DNA from: an uncultured Verrucomicrobiota bacterium
GTDB taxonomy: Bacteria > Verrucomicrobiota > Kiritimatiellia > CAIVKH01
Direction of reading: 5' to 3'
Length of the DNA stretch: 64,000 nt
Assembly (NCBI GenBank): GCA_937873455.1
Contig: CALMYG010000034.1
Location: 25,405-89,404 of the forward strand
Shown: piece after piece, positions 34,478 through 44,716 of the stretch
How the letters are laid out: each line of letters begins with the position of its first letter
How positions within the stretch are numbered: position 1 is the stretch's first letter
Made by a program: the position numbers and the translations under genes
Notes under the pieces: model-generated
Databases searched by the model: none
Seen by the model: only the letters and a program-made list of their open reading frames with translations
What the model was told of the DNA's origin: nothing

Positions 34478-37400
34478 ATGGTGGCCGCCTGCGCGTGGCT
34501 GACCGGTTGCAACACCGCTCACGCCGCGACCCTCCTCACCGATACGTTTTCGGACGGAGATCGAACCAACCATCCCGCATGGTTCATCAGCCAGGGATCG
34601 TTTAACGTCGCCTTTGGCGAGGCCAATAACAACAACTCCTCGGCGAACCAGTTTTTTACCACCGCGTTTGCGCCCACGCGCCCCGACGATCAACAGGGAT
34701 TGCGGGTGACCCTGAGCTACCGGCCGGAAGGACTCAACCTGTCCTCGGTCAGGGTGGGGGTTTTTGCCGGCGATCCGCCTGCCGCCGACAGCTGGGACCA
34801 ATGGAATCCGGGCAACCCGACCCGCGCGTGGCGGGGATATGTGGCGTCGATTGCCGTAAACGGGAGCAGCGCCACCGAGATCCGGCGCAATGACAACGAC
34901 ACCGACAATCACGCCTTTTTCGCCGGCGCCATGATCGGCAGCCCGGGCACCACGCTGCATACCGCCGGCTCATCCGTCTTCCGTTGGATTCGTTTTGAGT
35001 TGTATCGCCGCCAGGAGGCGATGGTGTTGGAGGTGTTTGAAGGGCCTACCCAGAATGATTTCGTCAGCCTGGGTCAAGTCACCGACGAAGATGCGCTTAT
35101 GGATGACTTCCGGAATCTCGCCCTCTATCAGACCACCAGCGGCGGCAACGGTCATATCCGCTACGACAACATCACGCTGGAAACATTTTCCACGGCGCAT
35201 GCCGTCGAGCCGCCGGTTCTGTCCATCCACCCCGCCGGGGCGGGCCACCTGTTGGTGACGCTCTCCAATGTGACCGTTGGCCAGACCTACGAAGTGAGAA
35301 CCGGTCCCTTTATGGATATCGATACGTATACCGTGGTTGACCGCGTCACCGCCACCAACACGGCGGCCTTGGCAACCTTTCCCGCAATTCATGACATCGC
35401 ATGGATCTGGGGCGTCGCCACCAACGGAAGCGCGATGCTGGACGTGGCGGCTCACCGTGACTACGGCACCTGGCGCAGTTCCATTTTCGGCGGCGGCGGC
35501 TACCTGCAGCATATAGTGTTCGCACCTTCCCAGCCCAACCGCATGTACAGTTATGTCGATGTGGGCGGGGTGTACCGCAGCGACGACGCGGGCCGGACCT
35601 GGCGCATGATGCACGGCGGCATGCCGGTCGGCGACGGGTATTACTCCGTGCGGGGCCTGGCCGTCGCCCCGGACGATCCCGACCGGGTCGTCATCGCGGT
35701 GGGCAATCAGTGGACGCCCCGCAAAGGCATTTACGAATCCCAGGATGGCGGCCTGAGCTGGACGCCCGTGCTGACCGCCCAGGTGTACGGCAACGAAACG
35801 CGCCGCGCCACCGGCTTCGTCTTCGCCCGCGATGCGCTGGGCCGGTTGCACTTCGGCTCCGCCGGTGACGGCGTCTGGGTGAGCCTGGACGACGGCGCCA
35901 CCTGGTCGGCGCGCGGCTTGACCGGGATCAACATCACGGATGTGAAGTTTGCCTCCGATGGCCGGGGCTGGATCTGCGCCCATGCCTGGACGCCCCACGG
36001 CAAATCGCCACTGGCCGGCGGATTAATTATCACCCGCGATCACGGCGAGACCTGGTCGCCGATCGCCGGACCCGCGCCCGATGAACTTGTCGTGGCCCCG
36101 GACGGATCCATCGTCGGAATTTTCTCGTTCAACCAACTTCAGCGCAGCACCGATGATGGAGAAACCTGGATGGAGTACTCGGACGGCCTCCCCGTCGACC
36201 CGGTAGCCGCCCAAGGCTTGACCAGTGAAAGCCGTTTCAGCGCATTGGCCGCCGGCCCCGGCTTTCTCCTCGCCGGGTCCGCGCGTGGCTCCGTCTATCG
36301 CCGCGGGATGAACGACGCCGCATGGCAGAACATCGTGCGCGAAACCGTGGTCGAGGTCGTCGAGGGCGAACCGTGGTGGGGCCGGTTGCAACCGGATGTC
36401 TGGCCGCATTTCGGCGCGGCCATGGGCAGCTTGGTCGTCGTGCCGGGACAGCCGGATCACTGGTGGTTTACCGACTGGTACAGCGCCTACGAAACCACCG
36501 ACGCCGGCCGCACCTGGGTGCAGCGCATCGACGGCATCGAGGTGACGGTCATTCATCACATGGTCGGCAACCCCGCCGATCCCGCCCGGATTCACGTCGG
36601 CATGGCCGACAACGCCTATGCCCAATCCACGAACGGCGGATTGCGCTATGACACGCCGAAAAAAACCTTCTCCAGCTTGAAGATGCTGGCGGTGTCGCCC
36701 GCCCTGCCCGGACGGCTCTACGGGGTCGGAGACAACCGGACGGAATGGCGCGCCGAAAAATTATGGGTCAGCGTGGATGCCGGCGCGACCTGGCTGACCG
36801 CCCCGATGCTTGGCCTTCCCCCCAGCTCCCAGCACAGCATGAACTCGATCGCCGTCCACACCGAGCGACCCTATGAGCTCGTGGTCGGGGTCTCCGGCCG
36901 GGTGGGCGAAGGCGGCGGCGTGTACCGGAGTGTCGATGGCGGACGCTCCTTCAGCCCGGTGAACAACGGCCTCGAAGGGGCCGGCTCCTTGTTCCGCTAC
37001 GACATTTGGTCCATCGGACCCGAACTCGCCATGTCCCGGTCCGGGCACATGGTCGCGGCCAGCCACGAAACGGGCCGGGTTTATTACCACGACGACTCCC
37101 AATGGCGCGTGGCGGACGTCACGCCGGGCGGCAAGCCCCGTTACCTCGTGGCGGCGGGCGACCTCTTTTACCTCGCCTGCCGCGAAGGCGGTTTGCTGAA
37201 AAGCGAGGACGGCGGACGACGCTGGACCTCCATCCTTGCCGAGCAGACCATGGTGGTCGCGGCGGATGCGACGGATCCCGGGCTGATTGCCGCCGCCACC
37301 GCCCACCGCCTGCTGATCAGCCGCGACGGCGGCAATGTGTGGTCGGAATTTCCGCTGCCGCCGCAAGGCCAGGTTCGCGCGCTGGCCATCTCCGGCCCGC

Positions 37401-38005
37401 GCCTTCATGCCGGCACCGCGGGAGGCGGCATGTTCTGGATGGCGCTGGACGAGGCGGGCCTACTGCCAATGACGGCGGGCGAGACCGGCCCCGGCATCGT
37501 GCCGGTGCGGGAAGATGTCGATGCGCGCGCGCCGGACATTACCGACGGCTCCTTCACGAACGCAGACAGCGTCGCCCAGCGCTGGTCAGGCTGGACCGGA
37601 CAGGGAATCAGCGAGCGGTCGTGGAGCGCGGACTCGGCCGACGATCAGGGCGGATCCTTGCGGCTCCGTTCCGTGGATGGACCGGCCAACACGTCGGTCG
37701 GCTATGCGCTTCAAGCCGTCGAAAACCGTTTCAATATCGCACTGGCCTGGAAATGCACCGGGAACGATAACGTGGACGTTCACATCGCGGTGCGTTCCTA
37801 CCGGGGCGGCGCGCAGGTGGGCTGGCAAACCCTGACCCGGATCACCGGCCCATCGCCGGCATGGATCCGGATCGAACGCGAGGTCCATCTCGCCGAAGGC
37901 GCCGACCGGGGCGAGCTGGTCGTGGTGCTTACCGGCGAAGGCGCAGTTTGGCTGGACACCCTATCCACCTCCATTCCCCCGCTCCTATTCGGAACACCCC
38001 GGTAA
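34478..38005 (+). CDS. Lipoprotein made of three parts: an unassigned 'DGDRT-NPAW' domain, a beta-sandwich, and a GH74-like double propeller with a CBM-like tail (paralogue of 18262..20985)
   Basis: The ORF is open from 34406. MVAACAWLTGC lipobox at 34478. From HRDYGTWRSSIFGGGGY (35453) onward it is colinear and highly similar to 18439..20985. Confidence 0.8.
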   Translation: MVAACAWLTGCNTAHAATLLTDTFSDGDRTNHPAWFISQGSFNVAFGEANNNNSSANQFFTTAFAPTRPDDQQGLRVTLSYRPEGLNLSSVRVGVFAGDPPAADSWDQWNPGNPTRAWRGYVASIAVNGSSATEIRRNDNDTDNHAFFAGAMIGSPGTTLHTAGSSVFRWIRFELYRRQEAMVLEVFEGPTQNDFVSLGQVTDEDALMDDFRNLALYQTTSGGNGHIRYDNITLETFSTAHAVEPPVLSIHPAGAGHLLVTLSNVTVGQTYEVRTGPFMDIDTYTVVDRVTATNTAALATFPAIHDIAWIWGVATNGSAMLDVAAHRDYGTWRSSIFGGGGYLQHIVFAPSQPNRMYSYVDVGGVYRSDDAGRTWRMMHGGMPVGDGYYSVRGLAVAPDDPDRVVIAVGNQWTPRKGIYESQDGGLSWTPVLTAQVYGNETRRATGFVFARDALGRLHFGSAGDGVWVSLDDGATWSARGLTGINITDVKFASDGRGWICAHAWTPHGKSPLAGGLIITRDHGETWSPIAGPAPDELVVAPDGSIVGIFSFNQLQRSTDDGETWMEYSDGLPVDPVAAQGLTSESRFSALAAGPGFLLAGSARGSVYRRGMNDAAWQNIVRETVVEVVEGEPWWGRLQPDVWPHFGAAMGSLVVVPGQPDHWWFTDWYSAYETTDAGRTWVQRIDGIEVTVIHHMVGNPADPARIHVGMADNAYAQSTNGGLRYDTPKKTFSSLKMLAVSPALPGRLYGVGDNRTEWRAEKLWVSVDAGATWLTAPMLGLPPSSQHSMNSIAVHTERPYELVVGVSGRVGEGGGVYRSVDGGRSFSPVNNGLEGAGSLFRYDIWSIGPELAMSRSGHMVAASHETGRVYYHDDSQWRVADVTPGGKPRYLVAAGDLFYLACREGGLLKSEDGGRRWTSILAEQTMVVAADATDPGLIAAATAHRLLISRDGGNVWSEFPLPPQGQVRALAISGPRLHAGTAGGGMFWMALDEAGLLPMTAGETGPGIVPVREDVDARAPDITDGSFTNADSVAQRWSGWTGQGISERSWSADSADDQGGSLRLRSVDGPANTSVGYALQAVENRFNIALAWKCTGNDNVDVHIAVRSYRGGAQVGWQTLTRITGPSPAWIRIEREVHLAEGADRGELVVVLTGEGAVWLDTLSTSIPPLLFGTPR

Positions 38006-38142
38006 CCGGCAAAACACACCACAACAACGGAAGTCTGTTTCTGCACACTTACAATATTATTGCAATGCTCACACGCCGGGCAAAACGTGTAATTTAATGA
38101 CAAACAACGGAAGTATTTGTTTCCAAACCATCAGGAGTAATT

Positions 38143-39117
38143 ATGACGAATCGCCTCGCTTTTTTGGCCGCATTCATCGGGCTTTCGGGATTGGTAAACC
38201 TCCACGCCCAGATCATCGTTTCCGACAACTTTGCCGACGGGGATCGCACCAACAATCCCGCCTGGTTTATCAGCGGAGGAACATTTAATGTCTCCTTTAC
38301 CGAGGCGAACAACAACAATTCTTCCGTGAATCAGTTCTTCACCACCTCGTTCGCCCCGGTCGATCTCGACGATCAGGACGGGCTTCGCCTGACCATGTCC
38401 TACCGCCCGGAAGGAACGAATCTCGCCACGGTCAAGGTTGGCTTGTTTGACGGTGTCGCTCCTACGGTCGATGGTTGGGCGCAATTTACCGCCGGACAAC
38501 CCACCCGCGACTGGCGGGGATATTTGGCCTCAATCGGTGTGGATGGAAGCTCACCCACAGTGATCCTGCGAAACGATAACGCCATCGACGACCACGCCTT
38601 TTTTACCGGCACGACGATTGGAGCCACCGGCACGACGATCACTGTGGCCGGGGCCGCGACGTTCCGCGTGATTCGTTTCGAAATCTACCGGAGCGGCGTG
38701 GACATGGTACTTGAGGTGTATGAAGGCGCGACCGTGGACACCCTGACCAGCCTGGGCCAGGCGACAGACCTTGGCGCTCCATTCTTCGGCGAATTTAATA
38801 ATTTGGCATTTTTTCAAACCACCCCCACTGGCAACGGCCATATCCGCTATGACAACATCACACTGGAAACCTTTGTTACCGGAAGTCCGATCGACGAGCC
38901 GGTCATGTCCATCCTGCCCGGGGGAGCGGGCAACGTCCTCGTCACCCTTTCCAATCTGACCGTGGGCCTGGTTGGCAACCTCTGGTCGGGAACGACCACG
39001 GACATCCCCAGCGGGGTGATCGTCACCAGCTTTCCGGTCGTCACCGGTACGGAGACCCTGTCGGTGAGCGCGGATGAACCGGTTAAAATGTTCTGGAGCA
39101 CTATCGTTAACCCATAA
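38143..39117 (+). CDS. Secreted protein: 'DGDRT-NPAW' domain plus a beta-sandwich of about 80 aa
   Basis: Signal peptide MTNRLAFLAAFIGLSGLVNLHA. Colinear with residues about 41-370 of the upstream gene. AGGAG lies 7 nt upstream. Confidence 0.8.
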   Translation: MTNRLAFLAAFIGLSGLVNLHAQIIVSDNFADGDRTNNPAWFISGGTFNVSFTEANNNNSSVNQFFTTSFAPVDLDDQDGLRLTMSYRPEGTNLATVKVGLFDGVAPTVDGWAQFTAGQPTRDWRGYLASIGVDGSSPTVILRNDNAIDDHAFFTGTTIGATGTTITVAGAATFRVIRFEIYRSGVDMVLEVYEGATVDTLTSLGQATDLGAPFFGEFNNLAFFQTTPTGNGHIRYDNITLETFVTGSPIDEPVMSILPGGAGNVLVTLSNLTVGLVGNLWSGTTTDIPSGVIVTSFPVVTGTETLSVSADEPVKMFWSTIVNP

Positions 39118-39136
39118 CAAACAAAGGAGAATGAGC

Positions 39137-39946
39137 ATGAAGTTCGCGACCTATCTGTTGGTGTTTGTTTTTTGTGGCATCATTACCAGTCGTGGAGACA
39201 TCATTGTGGCGGATGATTTTTCTGACGGGGACCGTACCGCGAATCCCGCCTGGTACATCAGCGCAGGCACCTTTGCCGTTAGCGGTGGTTCCGCATTTAA
39301 TAACAATTCAACCTTGAATCAGTTTTTCACCACCAGCTTCACCGGAACGGATATCGCGGATGGCACAGGCTTGCGACTTAGCCTGGCCTACCGGCCGGAC
39401 GGGGCGAACCTGAACAGCTTGCGAGTCGGCATTTTCAATGGCATGGCTCCCACCGCCGACGGGTGGGCCCAGTTCACCGCCGGCCAGCCCACCCGCGATT
39501 GGCTCGGTTATTACGCCAATATCGGCTTGACCAACAACTCCGCCACGGCCCTGGTCTTCAATAATAACACCGTCGACGACCATGCGTTTTTCAACGGCAC
39601 CGTGCTGGGAACGCCGGGCGCCGGGACCAATGTGGCGGGCGTGTTGTCCTTCCGGAGTGTAGTGTTTGAGATGTCACGCGACGGCTCCGACATGGTGCTC
39701 AACGTCTACGAGGGACCAAACCTCGACAGTCTAACCCTACTCGCCTCCGCCACCCATGCCGGAGGATCGTTTTCGGGCTTCAATAACGTTGCGCTTTTCC
39801 AAACCACGGGAAACAATCTAAACGGCAATATCCGTTACGATGACATCGAGCTTAGCACGTTCATTGTACCTGAGCCCAATGTGATGCTGCTGTTATGCAT
39901 GGGCGGAAGCTTGCTCGCGCTCCGGCGAAAAATCGCCTCGGTCTAG
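39137..39946 (+). CDS. PEP-CTERM-anchored protein carrying the 'DGDRT-NPAW' domain
   Basis: Signal peptide [21 protein letters not shown]-terminal [22 protein letters not shown] (PEP motif, TM segment, basic tail). AGGAGA lies 6 nt upstream. Confidence 0.82.
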   Translation: MKFATYLLVFVFCGIITSRGDIIVADDFSDGDRTANPAWYISAGTFAVSGGSAFNNNSTLNQFFTTSFTGTDIADGTGLRLSLAYRPDGANLNSLRVGIFNGMAPTADGWAQFTAGQPTRDWLGYYANIGLTNNSATALVFNNNTVDDHAFFNGTVLGTPGAGTNVAGVLSFRSVVFEMSRDGSDMVLNVYEGPNLDSLTLLASATHAGGSFSGFNNVALFQTTGNNLNGNIRYDDIELSTFIVPEPNVMLLLCMGGSLLALRRKIASV

Positions 39947-39948
39947 TT

Positions 39949-40980
39949 GTGAGCCCGCATTTCCCCCACCGCCGCTTCAACCTATTAACCGGCGACTGGG
40001 TATTGGTATCGCCGCATCGCACCCAGCGCCCCTGGCAAGGGCGCCGGGAACCGGCCGCTCCGGCCGGTCGGCCGACCTACGATCCCGCGTGTTACCTGTG
40101 CCCGGGCAACCAACGCGCCAACGGCGAGCGAAACCCGGATTACGTAGGAACGTTTGTTTTTCCCAACGATTTTCCGGCCTTGCTTCCGGAGGTTCGCGCC
40201 GTGGAAAGCAAGGGCCTTTTCCGGAGTGAAGCGGCTTCGGGTGTCTGCCGGGTCATTTGTTTTTCTCCCCGCCACGATCTAACGCTTCCCCGAATGCCGA
40301 CCTCGGAAATCCGCCGGGTGGTGGACTGCTGGGCGGAACAGGTGGACGAGTTGAGCCGCACGTATCGATGGGTGCAGGTATTTGAGAACAAGGGCGAGGT
40401 CATGGGATGTTCCAACCCCCACCCCCACGGTCAAATCTGGGCGGGAAACTTTTTGCCCAATGAACCGGCCAAGGAAGACGCCCGGCAACGCGAATACCTG
40501 CAGTCCAACGGGCGCATCCTCTTGATGGATGTGTTGCGCGAGGAGCAGGCGGATGGCCGCCGGATCATTCTGGAAAACGAGTACTGGACCGCCATGGTAC
40601 CATTCTGGGCGGTGTGGCCCTATGAGATGCTCATCCTGCCCCGGCGGCATGTACTGCGCCTGCCGGATTTAACCGGGACGGAACGGGATGCCCTGGCCGA
40701 TGTGTTGAAAAAGATTCTATCACGCTACGACAACCTGTTTGAAACGTCGTTTCCCTATTCGATGGGCTGGCACGGCGCGCCCGGCGGCGATGAACGTGAT
40801 GTGGCGCATTGGCAATTGCATGCGCATATTTTCCCGCCCCTGCTCCGTTCGGCGACGGTGAAAAAATTCATGGTCGGATACGAGATGCTCGCCGAAGCCC
40901 AGCGCGATCTCACTCCGGAACAGGCCGCGGAAAAACTGCGGAGCTTGTCGAATACCCATTACCTTGACGCCAGACCATGA
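39949..40980 (+). CDS. galT: Galactose-1-phosphate uridylyltransferase
   Basis: [49 protein letters not shown]. The start is uncertain: GTG at 39949 just after the upstream stop, or ATG at 39895. Confidence 0.88.
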   Translation: MSPHFPHRRFNLLTGDWVLVSPHRTQRPWQGRREPAAPAGRPTYDPACYLCPGNQRANGERNPDYVGTFVFPNDFPALLPEVRAVESKGLFRSEAASGVCRVICFSPRHDLTLPRMPTSEIRRVVDCWAEQVDELSRTYRWVQVFENKGEVMGCSNPHPHGQIWAGNFLPNEPAKEDARQREYLQSNGRILLMDVLREEQADGRRIILENEYWTAMVPFWAVWPYEMLILPRRHVLRLPDLTGTERDALADVLKKILSRYDNLFETSFPYSMGWHGAPGGDERDVAHWQLHAHIFPPLLRSATVKKFMVGYEMLAEAQRDLTPEQAAEKLRSLSNTHYLDARP

Positions 40981-42137
40981 ACACCATCACAGACCGGGTC
41001 ATCAAGGCTTTTCACAATCATTTCGGGGCCCCCCCGGCCTGGATCGTCCGGGCACCCGGGCGAGTCAACTTGATCGGAGAGCACACGGACTACAACGACG
41101 GCTTTGTCCTGCCCATGGCCATCGGCCGCGCCACATGGATCGCCCTCCGGTCGCGCCCGGACGGGGTGGTCCATCTTCATTCCCTCGACCATGACGCGTC
41201 CTGTTCGTTTGCGCCCGGGACCGTGGAGCGCGGCCCGATGCACTGGAGCGAGTACCCCAAGGGCGTGGCCCATGTGTTGTCCGGACAGGGGTTCGCACTT
41301 TCCGGTTGGGAAGGCGTCACCGCTTGCGATGTACCGATGGGCGCCGGCCTCTCCTCCTCGGCATCTTTCGAACTCGCCGTGGCCCGCGCCTTCTGCGCCG
41401 TTTCCGGATTTCCCTGGAATGCGCAGGAGATGGCCCGCCTTTGCCAGCAAGCGGAAAACCAATGGGTGGGTGTAAAATGCGGAATCATGGACCAGATGAT
41501 TTCCGCGATCGGCGAGGCCGGAAAAGCGACCCTGATCGACTGCCGCGACAACACCCACCGCGCCGCGCCCCTGCCGCGGGACGTCACCGTGGTCATCATG
41601 GACACCATGACCCGTCGCGGCCTGGTCGAATCCGCGTACAATGAGCGCCGCCGGCAATGCCAACACGCCGTCGGGGTTTTTGGCGTCCATGCCCTGCGCG
41701 ACGTGGATCATCAAACCTTCAACGACAAGGCCGCGCTCCTCGACCCCGTCACGCGGCGGCGGGCCCGGCATGTCATCACGGAAAACCAGCGAACCCTCGC
41801 CGCGGCCGCAGCCATGGAGCGAGGCGATGCGGCAACCCTCGGACGATTGATGAACGAGAGTCATGACAGCCTGCGCGATGACTTCGAGGTCACGAATGAC
41901 GCGCTGAATACAATGGTGGAAGCGGCGCGATCGCACCCGGGATGTTGGGGCGCCCGCATGACCGGGGCCGGGTTCGGCGGATGCGCGGTAGCGTTGGTGG
42001 CGACGCCGGACGTGGCATCGTTCATGGATCATGTTACCACCGCATACCGGCAGGCCGGCAATCAGGCGCCCAATCTTTACGCGGCCACGGCCAGCGCCGG
42101 AGCATCCGCTGATTCCCACGAAAAATCCCGCGAATGA
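40977..42137 (+). CDS. galK: Galactokinase
   Basis: [43 protein letters not shown] overlap with galT. Confidence 0.92.
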   Translation: MNTITDRVIKAFHNHFGAPPAWIVRAPGRVNLIGEHTDYNDGFVLPMAIGRATWIALRSRPDGVVHLHSLDHDASCSFAPGTVERGPMHWSEYPKGVAHVLSGQGFALSGWEGVTACDVPMGAGLSSSASFELAVARAFCAVSGFPWNAQEMARLCQQAENQWVGVKCGIMDQMISAIGEAGKATLIDCRDNTHRAAPLPRDVTVVIMDTMTRRGLVESAYNERRRQCQHAVGVFGVHALRDVDHQTFNDKAALLDPVTRRRARHVITENQRTLAAAAAMERGDAATLGRLMNESHDSLRDDFEVTNDALNTMVEAARSHPGCWGARMTGAGFGGCAVALVATPDVASFMDHVTTAYRQAGNQAPNLYAATASAGASADSHEKSRE

Positions 42138-43090
42138 GAATTGATCTACAGACGATAACCTACGGCGGCTGGTCCAACTGCCTGCGCCTTACCAACGGCC
42201 ACGTCGAGGCGGTGATTACCACCGATGTCGGGCCACGCATCCTACGCTATGGGTTGGTAAGCGGCGAAAACATGCTGGGCGAAAACCAGCACGAAATGGG
42301 CCGACGAGGCGGGGCGACATGGCGCATGTACGGTGGCCACCGCCTTTGGATCGCCCCGGAAGACGAGACCCTCACCATGGTCCCGGATAACGACCCGGTG
42401 GCATGGCGATGGGACGGCAAGACGCTTTCGCTGCAACAAACTGTCGATCCGGCATCGCGGATAGGCAAGACCTTGAACCTCTCGATGATGCCTGGAGGGG
42501 CCTTGATCCTTTCCCACCGGTTGACCAACCACGGACGCAAAGCCGTAACCTTGGCGCCATGGACCATCACGGTCATGGCGCCGGGTGGTGAGGCCATCCT
42601 TCCCCAGGAGCCTTATCGATCCCACCGCGCGCAAAAAACCCCGGCCCGCCCGCTTGTCTTGTGGCCCTACACCAACATGGCCGATCCACGCGTCGCCTGG
42701 GGCCGCGACTACATCCGCGTGCGCGGTGACGCCACCCTGTCCGTTCCCTTCAAGATTGGATTTTTCAGTTCTCGCGGGTGGATGCTTTACCGGAAGGGCG
42801 ACCTGGCCTTTATCAAATATCATCCGGTGTGCGTCGGCGCGCACGCGGATTACGGATGCAACGCCGAGGTTTTTACCGCTGGGCGCGTGCTTGAACTTGA
42901 ATCACTCGGCCCGTTGGTGCGTTTGGCGCCGGGCAAATCAGTGGAACATGCCGAATGCTGGCAAGTGCTTCACACCTCCTCGGCCTCGCGGAATGTAGCC
43001 GTCCCAATAAATAAATCGGCCACATTACCCCAGACGGTGTCCGGATCGGAGCTGATGCGGGCGATCTTGGCGTCGAATTCCGCCCACTGA
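42134..43090 (+). CDS. DUF4380-like / galactose-mutarotase-fold protein (candidate aldose epimerase)
   Basis: YGGHRLWIAPE and LELESLGP...L.PG motifs. ATGA overlap with galK. The last about 40 aa overlap the convergent CE4 gene. Confidence 0.5.
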   Translation: MRIDLQTITYGGWSNCLRLTNGHVEAVITTDVGPRILRYGLVSGENMLGENQHEMGRRGGATWRMYGGHRLWIAPEDETLTMVPDNDPVAWRWDGKTLSLQQTVDPASRIGKTLNLSMMPGGALILSHRLTNHGRKAVTLAPWTITVMAPGGEAILPQEPYRSHRAQKTPARPLVLWPYTNMADPRVAWGRDYIRVRGDATLSVPFKIGFFSSRGWMLYRKGDLAFIKYHPVCVGAHADYGCNAEVFTAGRVLELESLGPLVRLAPGKSVEHAECWQVLHTSSASRNVAVPINKSATLPQTVSGSELMRAILASNSAH

Positions 43091-43650
43091 TCGGCGGAGG
43101 TAAACTCAAACGAGTGCCCCCAGAAATAAAATACGCCGCCTGATTTAGCCCGCTCATAGCGCGCCCAAAAATCATCGGCGAGCACATGGCAAGAGGGGTG
43201 AAAAGCCATCGGATCGTCCGGCGGAAAAGGGTGATCAACGCCGACGACCGTGCGGGCATAGAGGTGACCGGCTTCACGGACAGACTCCATCACCTCGGGG
43301 TTGTATACGCCGAACGGATAGGCGAACCCGTCGACCGGCTGCCCGAAGAAATCCTGCAACCGCGCGCGTCCATCGCGAATTTCCCGCCGCACCGCCTCCG
43401 GCGCCTCTTCGGTCAATCGCTTGTGGGTGGCGGTATGATTGGCAATCATGAACCCTGCATACACCTCAGCCATCTCCGACCAACCGAGGTACACCAACTC
43501 CTTGCCCCGGTAGTTCCAAGCCGCTCTGCGCTGATTTCCGTACAGGCCGGGGTTCAAATTAAACGTGGATTTTGCGTTGTGGCGGTGCAGTATATCCACA
43601 AGCTGTAAATCACTCGACACACCATCATCCCAGCACTGAACAACCCTCAC
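42970..43650 (-). CDS. Polysaccharide deacetylase (CE4 / NodB homology)
   Basis: CWDDG..SD, ANHTATH, FAYPFG motifs. GTG start with a GGAG about 9 nt upstream. No signal peptide. Confidence 0.8.
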   Translation of the reverse strand: MRVVQCWDDGVSSDLQLVDILHRHNAKSTFNLNPGLYGNQRRAAWNYRGKELVYLGWSEMAEVYAGFMIANHTATHKRLTEEAPEAVRREIRDGRARLQDFFGQPVDGFAYPFGVYNPEVMESVREAGHLYARTVVGVDHPFPPDDPMAFHPSCHVLADDFWARYERAKSGGVFYFWGHSFEFTSADQWAEFDAKIARISSDPDTVWGNVADLFIGTATFREAEEV

Positions 43651-43915
43651 CGGGTCTGCTCCGTTATCATGACGGGATCATAGCGCATAGAATGCTTCCG
43701 GCAACGCCCGATGACAACTCCCTGCCGCCTTGTCACCAAGGCGGCTACAGTTACTCGTTTTTTGCTCCTCTTAATCTCCACCCATAACCGGTGATTGCCC
43801 GCAACCCAATCTTTGTCACAAGCTTCGTCGCGAGCTTTGTCGACAATGTTTCCGGCAAAGCACGCGACAACGTATGGCGCCTCCCCATTCGTATCCATTC
43901 GTGGTTGCGCGTTAT

Positions 43916-44038
43916 CCTTCGTTTCCCCTGTAACATCATCTTTTCCCGCGCTTTCCCCGCCAGAGGCGGGCAGGCGCGTCGTCCGTAGTTTATCTTTTCG
44001 ATTATTGTTAACGAGGGGGTTAACGAGTGTGTTTACAA
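43916..44038. repeat. Direct repeat R1 (123 bp) flanking the phd/vapC cassette
   Basis: Aligns with 44928..45061. The 51-bp core gtttatcttttcgattattgttaacgagggggttaacgagtgtgtttacaa (43988-44038) is identical to 45011-45061. Confidence 0.85.
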
Positions 44039-44096
44039 TTCATCCGCTCCAATATTGTTCACTCAATTTCACCAGTCCCCCGCCCATCCGCGCCAA

Positions 44097-44483
44097 TCAC
44101 CAAATCCTGGATAGCCCATACCGTTCGAAGACCGGGTCGCGACTGATGACCGCCCATCCACGCCGTCGCGCTTGCATGATCTGAATCCGGTCGAAGGGAT
44201 CGCCATGATGCCGCTCAAGATCATGCATCATGGCGGCATCGCTCCACTCAATGGCCAACACCTGAAAACCGTTCTCCGCCAACAAGCCGGGAAGATCTTC
44301 ATTCAACCGGTAGGGTAGAATCAGCTTGCCCAGTCCAATTTTAATCGCCGCTTCCCATATTCCCGCGATGGAGATGAAGCATCTCCCGGGCGTCTGGGAC
44401 ATCATCTTCCTGGCGTTCTTTCCAAAATCGCGGCGGCCTTCAAAGAATCCGATCCAGGCATTGGTATCTACGAGATAATTCAT
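44097..44483 (-). CDS. vapC: PIN-domain toxin
   Basis: LVDTNAWI, ISIAGIWEAAIK, HGDPFDRIQIMQA. 4-nt overlap with the antitoxin gene. Confidence 0.85.
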   Translation of the reverse strand: MNYLVDTNAWIGFFEGRRDFGKNARKMMSQTPGRCFISIAGIWEAAIKIGLGKLILPYRLNEDLPGLLAENGFQVLAIEWSDAAMMHDLERHHGDPFDRIQIMQARRRGWAVISRDPVFERYGLSRIW

Positions 44484-44716
44484 TGGTAGTCCCGGAATTC
44501 ATCCAAGGGCGCATCGAAATCCGGGGCCATATAGAATGTCTTGCCCTTGGCGCAACCGAACTTGGCCGTTACCGACGGCATGGCCGGACGCAACTCGGCG
44601 ACCGGCTTTCCGTGACGGGTGATGATGATACTCACGCCCTTCTCCACATCGTCCAGCAGGCGGGAGAGATGCGTCTTCGCTTCAAAAGCCCCTATTTCAT
44701 GCCGATTGGAAATCAT
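44480..44716 (-). CDS. Phd/YefM-type antitoxin
   Basis: 78 aa. AFEAKTHLSRLLDDVEKGVSIIITRHGKPVAEL is typical of Phd/YefM. Confidence 0.8.
   Translation of the reverse strand: MISNRHEIGAFEAKTHLSRLLDDVEKGVSIIITRHGKPVAELRPAMPSVTAKFGCAKGKTFYMAPDFDAPLDEFRDYQ

Noticed and set aside
38006-38142. The repeated ACAACGGAAGT.TGTTTC words (about 38023 and about 38103) upstream of the 38143 gene as a promoter or operator
   Set aside because: There are only two imperfect copies, no match to a promoter consensus I know, and I could not confirm similar words before 39137 or 21022.
42970-43090. The 121-nt convergent overlap between the DUF4380-like gene and CE4. Smaller convergent overlaps are at 30956-31005 and 3179-3203.
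   Set aside because: This is probably run-on of one ORF past its conserved C-terminus in stop-poor GC-rich DNA, or a small sequencing error. No conserved motif lies in the overlapping tails, so I do not claim functional overlap.
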